DNA of 64,000 nucleotides, taken from NCBI GenBank assembly GCA_040384705.1, contig JAZKIU010000001.1, positions 542,053 to 606,052 of the forward strand. Direction: 5' to 3'. The stretch is from Patescibacteria group bacterium (lineage in GTDB: Bacteria > Patescibacteriota > Minisyncoccia > Phycocordibacterales > Phycocordibacteraceae). Below, in pieces: positions 43,033 to 53,157 of this stretch (position 1 is the stretch's first letter; each line of letters starts with the position of its first letter). The translations under genes were made by a program, and so were the position numbers. The notes beneath the pieces are model-generated. The model did no database searches. It was not told the DNA's origin and saw nothing but the letters and a program-made list of their open reading frames with translations.

Positions 43033-43065
43033 AGGAAAAGGTGCGGCGGGTCGTACCGCCGCACC
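43033..43065 (-). terminator. Terminator-like hairpin on minus strand (GGTGCGGCGG-tacgac-CCGCCGCACC + TTTTCC) about 50 nt upstream of rpsP
   Basis: 10-bp GC stem plus T-run on the minus strand. Function (attenuator or sRNA 3' end) unknown. Confidence 0.45.
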
Positions 43066-43212
43066 TCTCAATCCTGAATCACCAGGCCACGTGGTTCTTC
43101 ACAGAACTAACCGTCCATCGGTGGCTATTCGATAGGACAGCCCTGGGGAATATCGGTCGCACCCTCAGGAATAGCCCGTCCGCAACGCGCAAGGAACGAG
43201 CCGGTGCGAGTA

Positions 43213-43253
43213 TAGCAAAAAGACGGCGGGGGTGGGAAATCCCCGCCGTCTTT
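43213..43253 (-). terminator. Terminator-like hairpin on minus strand (AGACGGCGGGG-loop-CCCCGCCGTCT + TTTTTGC)
   Basis: 11-bp stem followed by a T-run on the minus strand; no annotated gene upstream on that strand. Confidence 0.5.
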
Positions 43254-43340
43254 CCGAAAGTCCTGATACCAAGGAACACCCGTCTCACGACGCTTGCCAA
43301 CCAGTGCAGTCGCGCACCGGTCGCCACACTTACGCATGGT

Positions 43341-43363
43341 GCTGTATTCATAGCATATACAGC
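43341..43363. promoter_or_regulatory. Perfect 7-bp-arm palindrome GCTGTAT-N9-ATACAGC 24 nt upstream of rnr start (candidate operator)
   Basis: Inverted repeat seen directly upstream of ATG 43387. Confidence 0.35.
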
Positions 43364-43386
43364 CGTATCTGCTACAGTCTTAACAA

Positions 43387-45369
43387 ATGCCCGAGACGAA
43401 GGAGACATACGAAGGACCGATCATCATCACGCGTACCGGAAAAGGATTCTTCTCGGCCGACCCTGAGAAGCCCGACCTCTACATCCCTGCCGAGAACCTC
43501 GGCGGTGCGTTCCCTGGCGACATCGTCCGGATAGAGACAGCGGGAACCGAGTTCGACCCTAGGACGCGCGAGAAGCGCATCATCGGCAAGGTGGTGGATA
43601 TCGTGGAGCGTAACCGCACGACGTTCGTGGGAGCGCTATACCGGAACGAGGAAGAGAACCTTGTCATGCTCGCGCCCGATTGGAAGAAGATGTACGTGCC
43701 GTTCGTGGTGAAGGGCGAGTCGCTCCCGCTCGGCCACAAGGTGCTCATCCGTTTCCAGGGATGGGCGAGCAACCAGCCGTACCCGTGGGGCACGCTCGAG
43801 GAGATAATCGGGCCTGCCGGAGAGCACGAGACCGAGATGCGGGCGCTCGCACTTTCCCAAGGATTCCGCAGCGACTTCCCTCCCGGTGTGATGCAGGAAG
43901 CGAAGGAACTCGAGACGACAGGAAGGGCGACCATCGCTGCCGAGGCGGCAAAAGCGCTTCCCGAGAGCGAACGCGAGACGAAGGGACGCCATGACTTCCG
44001 CGGCATCACGACCTTCACCATCGATCCGTTCGATGCGAAGGACTTCGATGATGCGCTTTCAGTGCGCACGCTTGCGAACGGAAACACGGAGGTGGGCGTG
44101 CACATCGCCGACGTCTCGTATTTCGTACGCCCCGGCACATCGATAGACGCGGAGGGTCGCGCCCGCGCCACTTCGGTGTACCTCGTCGACCGCACCATCC
44201 CAATGCTCCCGCACGTCCTCTCGAACGACCTCTGCTCACTCAACCCGAACGAGGACCGGCTCGCGGTGTCCGCCGTCTTCGAGCTCGATGGCAATGCCGG
44301 GATAGTGAACCGATGGTTCGGCGAGACCGTCATCCACTCGGATAAGCGCTTTACGTATGAGGAGGCGCAGGAAGTGCTTGATGCGCAGGACGGCATCTTC
44401 CTTGCCGAACTTAATACCCTGAAGACGCTCGCCGATAAGATACGCGCCCGCCGCGTATCGAAGGGCGCGATAGCCTTTGATACCCCTGAAGTGAAGGTGC
44501 TCATCGACGAGAACGGCAAGCCGACCGATATCGTGCTCAAGGAGCGCCGCGCTACCAACCTCCTCATCGAGGATTTCATGCTGCTCGCGAACGAAGCGGT
44601 AGCCGAGTACCTCTCGGAAGCGACGAAAGCCGCGAACATCCAGAGTTCCGTCATATACCGCACGCACGATGTGCCTGATGCGGACCGCATCGAGAGCCTC
44701 GCGCAGTTCCTCAAAGTGATGGGCTACAACCTCGAGAGCACGAACGGCAGGGTGAAGGGCACCGCCATCAACGAACTGCTGACCGAAGTCGCCGGGAAGC
44801 CCGAGGAATACCTCATCAAGGTCGCCGCGCTCCGGTCCATGGCCAAGGCGATATACGCCACCAAGAACATCGGGCACTTCGGTCTCGCGTTCGAGTTCTA
44901 CACGCACTTCACTTCCCCAATCCGCCGCTACCCTGACCTCCTCATCCACCGCCTCCTCAAGCACTACCGCAACGAAGGCGAGTTCAGCAAGGCGCAGGTC
45001 GCAGAGCTCGACGAGCTATCCCTCCATTCGTCCGAGCGCGAAGTGTCCGCCGCCGAGGCCGAGCGCGATTCCATCAAGCTCAAGGTAGTGGAGTTCATGG
45101 CCGACAAGGTCGGCGAGGAGTTCGATGCGGTCATCTCCGGCGTGTCCGAGCGCGGTCTCTACGTTGAATTGAATACGACGCGTGCGGAAGGCATGATACG
45201 CATACGGGATCTCGGTGATGACTACTACATCCACGACGAGAAGCGCTACCGCATCGTGGGCGAGCGCACCAAGAAGGAGTACGCGCTCGGTGACCCTATC
45301 AAGGTGAAGCTCATCGCTGCCCGGGTGATGGAGCGCGAGCTCGATTTCGCTATCGTTCCGAAGGGTTAG
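43387..45369 (+). CDS. rnr: Ribonuclease R (RNB-family 3'-5' exoribonuclease with C-terminal S1 domain)
   Basis: RNB catalytic motifs (DFDDALSV, SVYLVDRTIPMLP), C-terminal S1 (FDAVISGVSERGLYVEL). Confidence 0.9.
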   Translation: MPETKETYEGPIIITRTGKGFFSADPEKPDLYIPAENLGGAFPGDIVRIETAGTEFDPRTREKRIIGKVVDIVERNRTTFVGALYRNEEENLVMLAPDWKKMYVPFVVKGESLPLGHKVLIRFQGWASNQPYPWGTLEEIIGPAGEHETEMRALALSQGFRSDFPPGVMQEAKELETTGRATIAAEAAKALPESERETKGRHDFRGITTFTIDPFDAKDFDDALSVRTLANGNTEVGVHIADVSYFVRPGTSIDAEGRARATSVYLVDRTIPMLPHVLSNDLCSLNPNEDRLAVSAVFELDGNAGIVNRWFGETVIHSDKRFTYEEAQEVLDAQDGIFLAELNTLKTLADKIRARRVSKGAIAFDTPEVKVLIDENGKPTDIVLKERRATNLLIEDFMLLANEAVAEYLSEATKAANIQSSVIYRTHDVPDADRIESLAQFLKVMGYNLESTNGRVKGTAINELLTEVAGKPEEYLIKVAALRSMAKAIYATKNIGHFGLAFEFYTHFTSPIRRYPDLLIHRLLKHYRNEGEFSKAQVAELDELSLHSSEREVSAAEAERDSIKLKVVEFMADKVGEEFDAVISGVSERGLYVELNTTRAEGMIRIRDLGDDYYIHDEKRYRIVGERTKKEYALGDPIKVKLIAARVMERELDFAIVPKG

Positions 45370-46094
45370 CCCGCGTCCGCAAGCGCCGCCTCGACCTTCT
45401 CGAACCAGATGCCGTATCCGTCCCCGCTCGGATGGAAGCGGTCGGCGGCATAGTATCGCTCTATATCCTTATTGAAGGGTTCATCTTCGCGTTCGTTAAA
45501 GAGATCGACATATCGAGCCGTAGGGTATAACGCTATGACTTCGAGATAGAGCTTTCGCACGCTCCGGGAACGTTCCGTATAGAGCGCGCTTAATGGCCAT
45601 CGGAATACCGGTGCCAGTCCTACGTTACCCGCGCATATGACGATGATATGGGGCGCCATAACGCTCGCCTGCTCAAGAGCCGTAGTGAGCCGGGCGCGAA
45701 TATCCTCCTCGGGGGTCATACCGATAACATCGTTCGCCCCTATCTGGAACACGACGAGGTCATAGCGTTCTTCCGTGCGTACTTCGAGCCGGTCGAGGAA
45801 CGCTTCGAGCTTCAGGCCATTCTCGGAATCATTCACAATCATCGCTTCCGGATAGCGAGCGCCAAGGCGCCCGGCAATGGATTCTTCGGGCCGGCCCCCT
45901 GTGCCGACGACAGTGCTGTCGCCCATAACGAGGATGCGCATCGAGGGTGCCGTGGGGTTCTGCACATAAGGCACAGTCGCTTCCATGAGCGGCTTCGTGT
46001 CGCGAACCGCTCGGACTATCGGAGCAAAGAGATACCCTCCGTATCCAATGATTGCTATCACGAGGACAGCTAGAAGTATCTGCAGAGGAGTCAT
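45366..46094 (-). CDS. SGNH/GDSL-family hydrolase with N-terminal TM anchor
   Basis: GDS block (VMGDSTV), GANDV block, catalytic DxxH near the C-terminus (DRFHPS). Confidence 0.75.
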   Translation of the reverse strand: MTPLQILLAVLVIAIIGYGGYLFAPIVRAVRDTKPLMEATVPYVQNPTAPSMRILVMGDSTVVGTGGRPEESIAGRLGARYPEAMIVNDSENGLKLEAFLDRLEVRTEERYDLVVFQIGANDVIGMTPEEDIRARLTTALEQASVMAPHIIVICAGNVGLAPVFRWPLSALYTERSRSVRKLYLEVIALYPTARYVDLFNEREDEPFNKDIERYYAADRFHPSGDGYGIWFEKVEAALADAG

Positions 46095-46157
46095 GAGCGC
46101 TGTATCCGTAGTATGGCTAGGAAGTAGTGAACGTGAGGTGAGACAGGATTCTACGAA

Positions 46158-47384
46158 TTATACGGTCTCGAGTATGCGGGTGAGCGCAAGCGCATACGCC
46201 GCCTCACGGAGCGTCACTCCCTTACCCTCCGCGAAGTCCGCGACGTCGCGATATGCATCATGCATGACGCCCGAAAGGCGCTCGCGCACCTGCTCCTTCG
46301 TCCACGACTCCCCTGCTCGGTTCTGGAGCCATTCGAAGTACGAAACAGTGACCCCTCCTGCGTTCGCGAGCACATCAGGAATGACCGTTATGCCCTGCTG
46401 AGTAAGCATCTCGTCAGCTTCAGGAGTGACGGGACCATTCGCCACCTCGAGCACCACATCGGTCGTGATGCTGCTCACGTTATCCGTGCGTATCTGCTCT
46501 TCGAGCGCTGCGGGTACCAAAATGACCGAAGGGGTCGATAGTACAGCGTCAGCCGGGAGCATCTGCGCATGTTCCATCTCTTTTGCGTTACACACCGAGC
46601 CGTGGAGCTCCTTGGCTTCGAGCGCCATTTCTATATCGAGCCCGGCGTCGCTACGGATAGTGCCATGACTATCAGCGAGCGCGATGACCTTCCCTCCATT
46701 CTGTTCTATGAGCCGCGCTATCTGCGCGCCTGCGTTACCCGCTCCTTGCACTGCTGCCGTGAGCCCTGCAAGAGAACGGTGCTGGTCGGTGAGGAGCGCA
46801 TTCAATACATCGAACGCCCCGTCAGCGGTCGCGGTGTCGCGCCCAAGCGACCCCCCACGATCGATAGGCTTCCCGGTTATCATCGCGGGCGATGGCTTCC
46901 CCACTATCTCCTCGTATTCGTCGAGCATCACCGCCATGATGTCGGCGTTCGTGTAGACGTCGGGCGCTGGGACATCGGTATCGGGACCGAGATGCTCCGC
47001 GAATGCTTTCACGTACTCGCGCGCGAGCGCATGCAGGTCAGCAGTCGCGAGCTTCTTTGGGTCGACGGCGACCCCGCCCTTCGCGCCTCCGAATGGGATA
47101 TCCACTACCGCGCATTTGATGGCCATCATCGCGGCGAGCGCTGATACCTCATCCTCGTCGGCGTCGGGGTGGAAACGTATACCGCCCTTGTACGGACCAC
47201 GCACGTTATTGAACTGCACGCGGTATGCCGGGAATGTAGCGGTTCCACCAGCTACAAGCGGAATGGTGAGCTCAGCGCGTAGGACACGATCAGGGGTCTC
47301 GAACCGCTCGCGCGTTCCGTCGGATAGAGCGAGGAGCTTCGCCGCCTTGTCTACGTGGTATTTGAAATAGTCGAGTGCGGCCAT
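46158..47384 (-). CDS. Glu/Leu/Phe/Val dehydrogenase family (glutamate dehydrogenase-like)
   Basis: GGIRFHP, IPFGGAKGG catalytic-lysine motif, C-terminal NAD(P) Rossmann GAGNAG. Confidence 0.9.
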   Translation of the reverse strand: MAALDYFKYHVDKAAKLLALSDGTRERFETPDRVLRAELTIPLVAGGTATFPAYRVQFNNVRGPYKGGIRFHPDADEDEVSALAAMMAIKCAVVDIPFGGAKGGVAVDPKKLATADLHALAREYVKAFAEHLGPDTDVPAPDVYTNADIMAVMLDEYEEIVGKPSPAMITGKPIDRGGSLGRDTATADGAFDVLNALLTDQHRSLAGLTAAVQGAGNAGAQIARLIEQNGGKVIALADSHGTIRSDAGLDIEMALEAKELHGSVCNAKEMEHAQMLPADAVLSTPSVILVPAALEEQIRTDNVSSITTDVVLEVANGPVTPEADEMLTQQGITVIPDVLANAGGVTVSYFEWLQNRAGESWTKEQVRERLSGVMHDAYRDVADFAEGKGVTLREAAYALALTRILETV

Positions 47385-47492
47385 AGGAAGAAGTTACAAG
47401 TATACGGCGTAACGAGGAAACGGGAAGCTGGGATAAGAAGACGCCCGCGGCTTTGCCGCGGGCGTTCGTGAAGGTGCTGGACTCCGTCATAT

Positions 47493-47675
47493 TCAGCCGA
47501 GCATATGCTTGCCCGGTGTTTTCGAGAGAATTCCAGCCTCTTCATGGAACTTCGGCTTGGGCGCCGAATGAGCAGATCGCGGAGGAAGCAATGCTTTCTC
47601 CTCCTCTCGCTTGAACCACTCATCTTCCTGGTCGGAAGAGATGCCAATCGGACCTTCGGTTGAATCCTCTGCCAT
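47493..47675 (-). CDS. Hypothetical small protein
   Basis: ORF only. Confidence 0.3.
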   Translation of the reverse strand: MAEDSTEGPIGISSDQEDEWFKREEEKALLPPRSAHSAPKPKFHEEAGILSKTPGKHMLG

Positions 47676-47739
47676 GACTGTACCCTCCTAGCCGTCTGTA
47701 TACCTGTAACCAGCGAAAACCGCAACTGGTTTCTATGGA

Positions 47740-49977
47740 TCATTTCGCCACGACCGCAGCCTCCTCGAACTTCACCGACAGAAGTTTCGAGATACCATCA
47801 TTGCCCATGGTGACGCCATAGAGTATTCCGGCGCGGCTCATGGTCTCCCGGTTATGCGTGATGACGATAAGCTGCGACTTCTTTGCGAGTTCCTCTATCA
47901 TGTCGCCATAGCGGCGGGAGTTCGCTTCATCGAGCGCAGCGTCGGTCTCATCGAGTATCAAGAATGGAGGCGGGTTCACCTGGCTCATGGCGAAGATGAG
48001 CGCGATGGAGGTGAGCGCGCGTTCGCCGCCCGAAAGCTGCATGAGCGACTGCACCTTCTTGCGTGGCAGGTTCACCGATATCTCGATGCCTGGCTTCCAC
48101 TGCTTCGTCTTCGACTCCTCCACTTCCTCGTATTCCTCTTCGTCGTCCTCATCACGACTCTTCCTCGGTTCAGGCTGCTCCTCGAGCACGAGGCGTGCGC
48201 CTCCACCTCCGAACATGAGCGCGAAGAATTCTCCGAACGAGGTGTTCACTTTAGCTAGCCCTTCAGCGAAGCTCTTCTGGAGCTCGGTATCAAGGTCCGT
48301 GATGAGAGAGCGTAGGCCCTCGGCCCCAGAAGCCAGGTCCTCGAGCTCACGCGTGAGGAAGGCTTCGCGCGCGGTCGCGTCCTCGTATTCCTTGCGTACG
48401 TCCTCTCCCGTGCCTCCTGCCTCCTCCAGGCGTATCTTGAGGCGCTCCAGCATGCGCTTACGATCCTCCTGCGCCCTCCGTTCTTCTTGAGGAAGCTCGG
48501 TGAGCGGGGTGTATGAAAATGCGGAGGAGCCCGCGAGTGCGAGCACTTCTGCCCTATCACGCCCGAGCTCCTCGCTGAGGTAGTTGAGCTCGCGCAAGCG
48601 CCCTTCCTCGCGCGCCAGCTGCCCTTCCTCATGCGCCTTGCTCTCCGCGAGCCCGAGGATGCGACGCTTCTCTTCGCGTCCCGTTTCCTCGTGCGCGAGC
48701 GCGGATTCGCGCGCCTTCATGAGCTCGCTCCGTGCGCGCTCTATCTTCGCTGCGAGCCCGCCATCCTTCTCGAGAAGTGCGGTGCGCTCGTTCTCGAGAC
48801 GCATGACGGTCTGCTCCTCCTCTGCCATATAGTCATCCGCAGGCGATGCGAACCGCTCGAAGAATGCGCTGACCATGCTGCGGACTGCTGAGAGCGCGGC
48901 ACGAAGCGCATCAGGGGTCGGATCCTCGATGCTTGCCTGCTTCTCTATCTCCTCACGAAGTGCCGCGAGGTCCTCTCGGGGCACTTTCACGTACGGCTCC
49001 CGCGCTATCTGCACGCTGCGCTTCTTCGCCTCATGCAGCCCTCCCTCGACCCGCCCTATCTCACGCGCAAGTTCGCTCCGTTCCGCTACCACCTTATCCA
49101 CGTCGCGCTCTGCCTGACGGATGGCTTCGGAACGCTTCATGCCTTCGGAATCGGTGGTCGCGCGCTCGTCGAACACCGCGAGCTCGGCGCTCGCGGCCTC
49201 GAGCTTCTCGCGAGCGTTTCGTTTCCTGCTTTCCGCCCCCTTCTTCTCTTCCTCTATGTACCGCTCCTCTATGGCGAAGTAGGTTCGCGCGAGCTCAGCG
49301 AGCTCGCGGGCGAGCTCCTCTGCGCGCTCGAGCTTCTGCACCTGCTTCTCGAGGAAGCGTATGTGCGGCGCTATCTCCCGGCGCAGCAGCTCTATCTCCC
49401 GCACGTTGTCTTCCGTCTTCTCGAGCTTGCGTTCTGCCTCCTGCTTCTTGAACTCGAAGACCTTGAGCCCGAGCGCGTCCTCGAGCATGGCACGGCGTTC
49501 TCTCGGGGCCGCGACCAGGATACGGTCGGCCTCGCCCTGGGAGATGATGTGGTGGCCGGTGTCACCGATGTTCGCGGCCGCGAGCAGCTCCTGCACATCG
49601 CGGAGGCGCGCTTTCGAGCCATTGATTGAGTATTCGCTTGCGCCATCTCGGAAGACCGCGCGCTCCACCGTCACCTCGTCGAAGTCGAGCTTCGGGAACG
49701 TGCGTGTCCCGTTCCTCTCCTGGTTATCGAAGACAATGGCGACCGCGGCACGGCTCGAGCGCGGGTGCGTGTGCGAGCCCGACCAGATGAGGTCCTCGCT
49801 GCGCTTCCCGCGCATGGACTTCATCGACTGCTCGCCGAGCGCGAAGCGGAATCCTTCCGCGACGTTCGATTTGCCGGAGCCGTTCGGGCCCACTATGGCG
49901 GTCGCAGCCGACGAGAAATCAAGCACGGTCTTCCGCGCGAATGATTTGAACCCTGCGATCTCGAGCCGCTTCAGCAT
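47740..49977 (-). CDS. smc: SMC-family chromosome segregation ATPase, unusually short (745 aa)
   Basis: N-terminal LEIAGFKSFARKTVLDFSSAATAIVGPNGSGKSN; C-terminal LSGGERALTSIALIFAM...LILDETDAALDEAN...IVITHN. Coiled-coil segments present but no obvious hinge. Confidence 0.85.
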   Translation of the reverse strand: MLKRLEIAGFKSFARKTVLDFSSAATAIVGPNGSGKSNVAEGFRFALGEQSMKSMRGKRSEDLIWSGSHTHPRSSRAAVAIVFDNQERNGTRTFPKLDFDEVTVERAVFRDGASEYSINGSKARLRDVQELLAAANIGDTGHHIISQGEADRILVAAPRERRAMLEDALGLKVFEFKKQEAERKLEKTEDNVREIELLRREIAPHIRFLEKQVQKLERAEELARELAELARTYFAIEERYIEEEKKGAESRKRNAREKLEAASAELAVFDERATTDSEGMKRSEAIRQAERDVDKVVAERSELAREIGRVEGGLHEAKKRSVQIAREPYVKVPREDLAALREEIEKQASIEDPTPDALRAALSAVRSMVSAFFERFASPADDYMAEEEQTVMRLENERTALLEKDGGLAAKIERARSELMKARESALAHEETGREEKRRILGLAESKAHEEGQLAREEGRLRELNYLSEELGRDRAEVLALAGSSAFSYTPLTELPQEERRAQEDRKRMLERLKIRLEEAGGTGEDVRKEYEDATAREAFLTRELEDLASGAEGLRSLITDLDTELQKSFAEGLAKVNTSFGEFFALMFGGGGARLVLEEQPEPRKSRDEDDEEEYEEVEESKTKQWKPGIEISVNLPRKKVQSLMQLSGGERALTSIALIFAMSQVNPPPFLILDETDAALDEANSRRYGDMIEELAKKSQLIVITHNRETMSRAGILYGVTMGNDGISKLLSVKFEEAAVVAK

Positions 49978-50048
49978 TTCCCCAATTATACCGTACGAAA
50001 AGACCGCCCTCTTGCGAGGACGGCCATGGTTCGAGCCTTCGACGAAGC

Positions 50049-50594
50049 TTATGCGTCCACGAAGGGTTCGGTGAGGAACGGATCGCGGGCGAAATGACCG
50101 GCGAGCGGTCCTATGAGCGCGGCTATTTCCTCCGAGCGCATGCTCGGAAGGATACCCGCCGCAAGCAGGATGCTCATCGGGATCTTCTCGATATCAGAAG
50201 CGCCGAGCGCCGAAAGCGCCATGAACGCGCCGCACACTCGCTCAAGAAGGCTATCGGCCGTGGAGCCGGTCGGCAGTGCCTGCGTCTCAACGTCACGAAG
50301 ACGCTGATCGAAGAATGGATGCGTAGTTCCCTTCGCGAACAAATCCGCCCAGGTGTAGGAGTCAACGAGCGCGAGCTCATCGGCCTCCATGTTGGTGCGA
50401 GCCACGCCAGCCAGGACGCTCCCATCCCGTGCGTACACCTCGAAGAGGATGGCGCAGGGGATGGCGGGCGACACCTTCATGAGATTCGTTCGATACAGGA
50501 ATCGAGCGAACGTTCCGCCCACCCTATCGCGCAGCCCGTCGAGTTCCGGGTTCGCGTAGCTGTACGGCCCCACGATCTTCAGGTTGGTATTCAC
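50049..50594 (-). CDS. Hypothetical protein
   Basis: Clean 181-aa ORF, no recognised motif. Confidence 0.55.
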   Translation of the reverse strand: MNTNLKIVGPYSYANPELDGLRDRVGGTFARFLYRTNLMKVSPAIPCAILFEVYARDGSVLAGVARTNMEADELALVDSYTWADLFAKGTTHPFFDQRLRDVETQALPTGSTADSLLERVCGAFMALSALGASDIEKIPMSILLAAGILPSMRSEEIAALIGPLAGHFARDPFLTEPFVDA

Positions 50595-50694
50595 GGTGGT
50601 TTCTCCCTAAATGCAGCTCTAAACCCACCTTCTCACACACGCCCGGATGTGGAAAGCCGCTCCCCCGAGATGGAGAAGCGGCTTGTTGTTGGCC

Positions 50695-51120
50695 CTACGG
50701 CGCATGCGCCGCATCGTCTTCCGTGCCGAGCTCGTAGTCGTTCTGCACGGTGAGCAGAGTGAGCGCGAGAATACCCAGGCACAGGGCGTCGAAGAATACG
50801 ATCGCTATCCCAGTCCAGACCGGCACGGATTCACCGGTGTGACGAAGTCCGATCATGAAGACCGAAGCAATCGCCGCCGCCAGGCCGAAGCACGCAGCAG
50901 TGCGTCCGGCATGGCTTCTGACATGGTCATCCATGAGATGGCTAGCGAAGAACGCGAGGAAGGTGCCGGTCGCGAACCAGTTGACGAAGTATGAGAGGAA
51001 CTTCGCGGTCGGCTCGTCCCCGAGAGTCGCCAGCACGAGCCATATCTGACTCGCCATCATGCCCCCGGCCGCCAGGAACACTGCCCAGGATTTGAGAAAC
51101 GACATCGTGCGTCGAAGCAT
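50695..51120 (-). CDS. Hypothetical membrane protein (4 TM)
   Basis: Hydrophobic ORF; start set at an internal ATG (MLRRTMSF); upstream part of the listed ORF is implausible. Confidence 0.5.
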   Translation of the reverse strand: MLRRTMSFLKSWAVFLAAGGMMASQIWLVLATLGDEPTAKFLSYFVNWFATGTFLAFFASHLMDDHVRSHAGRTAACFGLAAAIASVFMIGLRHTGESVPVWTGIAIVFFDALCLGILALTLLTVQNDYELGTEDDAAHAP

Positions 51121-51269
51121 AGCAAGTACCCCATTGCGCAGCCGGTGGATTCCGGACTGCATTCTGGTGCTGAGTATGCAGTAGATACTGTGGAGGTCAA
51201 TATCGATACGCACCATACGAAAAGCCGCCTCCCTTGGGGGAGGCGGCGGCCGTCATCTGGTGATGACGG

Positions 51270-51578
51270 CTAGAGCGGAAAGCCATCGATCGGCGTCCCG
51301 CGTGCACTGAGGAGGAGCATCCATCCGATCGCGAAGAACAGGCTCATGGCGATGGCGACTCCGATAGTGAGCGGCCAATAGCCGCGCCGGTACGTCTCGA
51401 TCATGGCGATGGTGCCGAGCACGATGCATGCGAGCTCGAAGACCATGAGCGGCAGGTCCACCGGGGTTATCCCTAGGACCCACGTGATGAGGCTCGCAGC
51501 GATCGCGATGGCGAACACTGCGGCCAGGCGTCGGAACCAACGGATGCGGCCGACTTCGAACAGATTTGAAAGACCCAT
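51270..51578 (-). CDS. Small membrane protein (3 TM)
   Basis: ORF with hydrophobic helices. Confidence 0.5.
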   Translation of the reverse strand: MGLSNLFEVGRIRWFRRLAAVFAIAIAASLITWVLGITPVDLPLMVFELACIVLGTIAMIETYRRGYWPLTIGVAIAMSLFFAIGWMLLLSARGTPIDGFPL

Positions 51579-51628
51579 ATGACCTCCTTATTCCCCGGAA
51601 ACGATTTCAGGTCGTATGGATTATACAA

Positions 51629-52315
51629 CTACACTATATCTTTAGCAAGCGCCGCCTGCGCCGCGCTCTGTTCCGCTTCCTGCTTGCTCCTCCCTGTTCC
51701 TTCTGCCACCTTCTCGTCACCGAGGTATACGCCCACCGTGAAGTGCTTGTCGTGGTCGGGACCCACTTCCGAAAGCGTCTTGTATGTGGGTGTCGTGCTC
51801 TTCTTATCCTGCGCTATCTCCTGGAAATGCGACTTCGCATCCTGGTATGAGCCGGTCGCGATGACGTTATCTATCTTCGAATAGAGATGCGTGGCGACGA
51901 ACGCTTCGGCAGCAACGTAGCCCTGGTCGAGGTATATGGCACCGAGGAGCGCCTCGAACGCGTTCGCGAGGATGATGAGGCGCGCGCGCCCCGTGTCCTT
52001 CTTCTCTCCCTTGGACAGCAGCAGCATGTCGTTGAGCCCTATGCGCTCCGCGACGTCGGCGAGCGAGTACGTATTCACGAGCGCCGCCCTGTATGCGGTG
52101 AGGTCGCCCTCCGGCTTGTTCGGGAAGCGGTTGAAGAGGAAGTGGGTGACGGCGAGCTCGAGCACGGCGTCGCCGAGGAACTCAAGGCGTTCGTTGTGGT
52201 TCCCTGCCCCGCGGTTCTCATTGAGATACGAGCGATGGGTAAGAGCCTCGATGAATATATCGAGGTCCTTGAAGGCGAGGCCCAGCTGCTCCGCGTGCGT
52301 CTTGAATTCAGGCAT
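51629..52315 (-). CDS. rnc: Ribonuclease III
   Basis: RNase III signature ERLEFLGDAVLEL, C-terminal dsRBD (GPDHDKHFTVGVYLGDEKVAEGTGRSKQEAEQSAA). ATG 52315. Confidence 0.9.
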   Translation of the reverse strand: MPEFKTHAEQLGLAFKDLDIFIEALTHRSYLNENRGAGNHNERLEFLGDAVLELAVTHFLFNRFPNKPEGDLTAYRAALVNTYSLADVAERIGLNDMLLLSKGEKKDTGRARLIILANAFEALLGAIYLDQGYVAAEAFVATHLYSKIDNVIATGSYQDAKSHFQEIAQDKKSTTPTYKTLSEVGPDHDKHFTVGVYLGDEKVAEGTGRSKQEAEQSAAQAALAKDIV

Positions 52316-52398
52316 AGAGTGAAGTGAACCACAAAATGTATAAAAGAAAAGCCGCGGCAGGTGGAGCTGCTGCGGCTTGGAGTCTGGTCGGTTCGCCA

Positions 52399-53058
52399 TT
52401 AGGGCCGGGTAAGGCCATTCATGCCCTCGTGGGTATCAGGAGGGACGATGATGAGGCCCTTCTCGTACAGGCGATGGTACTGGGAAGGAAGGAAGCCCTG
52501 GTCCGCCATGATCCGATGGAATTCGTCCACGCTGACGTATTTAGGCACTTCGCCTTCGTTCTCGTGATGCTCGCTATTGAGCAGCGACAGGACATTCTCC
52601 TCGACATCGACCGAGACGAGCACGTTCCAGAATCTTCCGCGCCAGACAGCGCCCTCGTACTGGTAGTGATGCGTCTCCGGCGAGAGCGCGAGGCCGGTCT
52701 CGCCATAGATTTCACGGACCCCGGTCGTGAGCACCGTTTCATCGTCGTGCTTCTTGCCGCCCGGCATCTTGTAGTACCAGGGCTGGCTCTTGCAGTAGTC
52801 GATGACGAACACGTATCCGAGGGGGATACGCTTCGGGCGTACGGCTTTCGCAGCAGCCTCCTCTTCGGTCAGCTCGCGACCGATCGGATCGACCGAGAGC
52901 GCTCCGTTCGGGAAGACCCTGATGAACGCGATGACCGACCACGTATCGTCGGGCCGACCGTTGTCGGCGATGAACCGATTCATGATCTGCTCGTCGATAG
53001 CGGATGGGATGCGAACCTCGCACCCATTGAGGTCGAGGGCCGAGAATCTGAGTGTCAA
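52399..53058 (-). CDS. NUDIX hydrolase
   Basis: Nudix box GGKKHDDETVLTTGVREIYGETG. Confidence 0.8.
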   Translation of the reverse strand: MTLRFSALDLNGCEVRIPSAIDEQIMNRFIADNGRPDDTWSVIAFIRVFPNGALSVDPIGRELTEEEAAAKAVRPKRIPLGYVFVIDYCKSQPWYYKMPGGKKHDDETVLTTGVREIYGETGLALSPETHHYQYEGAVWRGRFWNVLVSVDVEENVLSLLNSEHHENEGEVPKYVSVDEFHRIMADQGFLPSQYHRLYEKGLIIVPPDTHEGMNGLTRP

Positions 53059-53157
53059 AACGCACCTCCTCGCAGCTGTGCTGCGTTATTTCGAAGGAGG
53101 CGCACTACGCACCTCTGGCCGCATTATATATACGAGTACGGAAATGTCAATCTCTCC

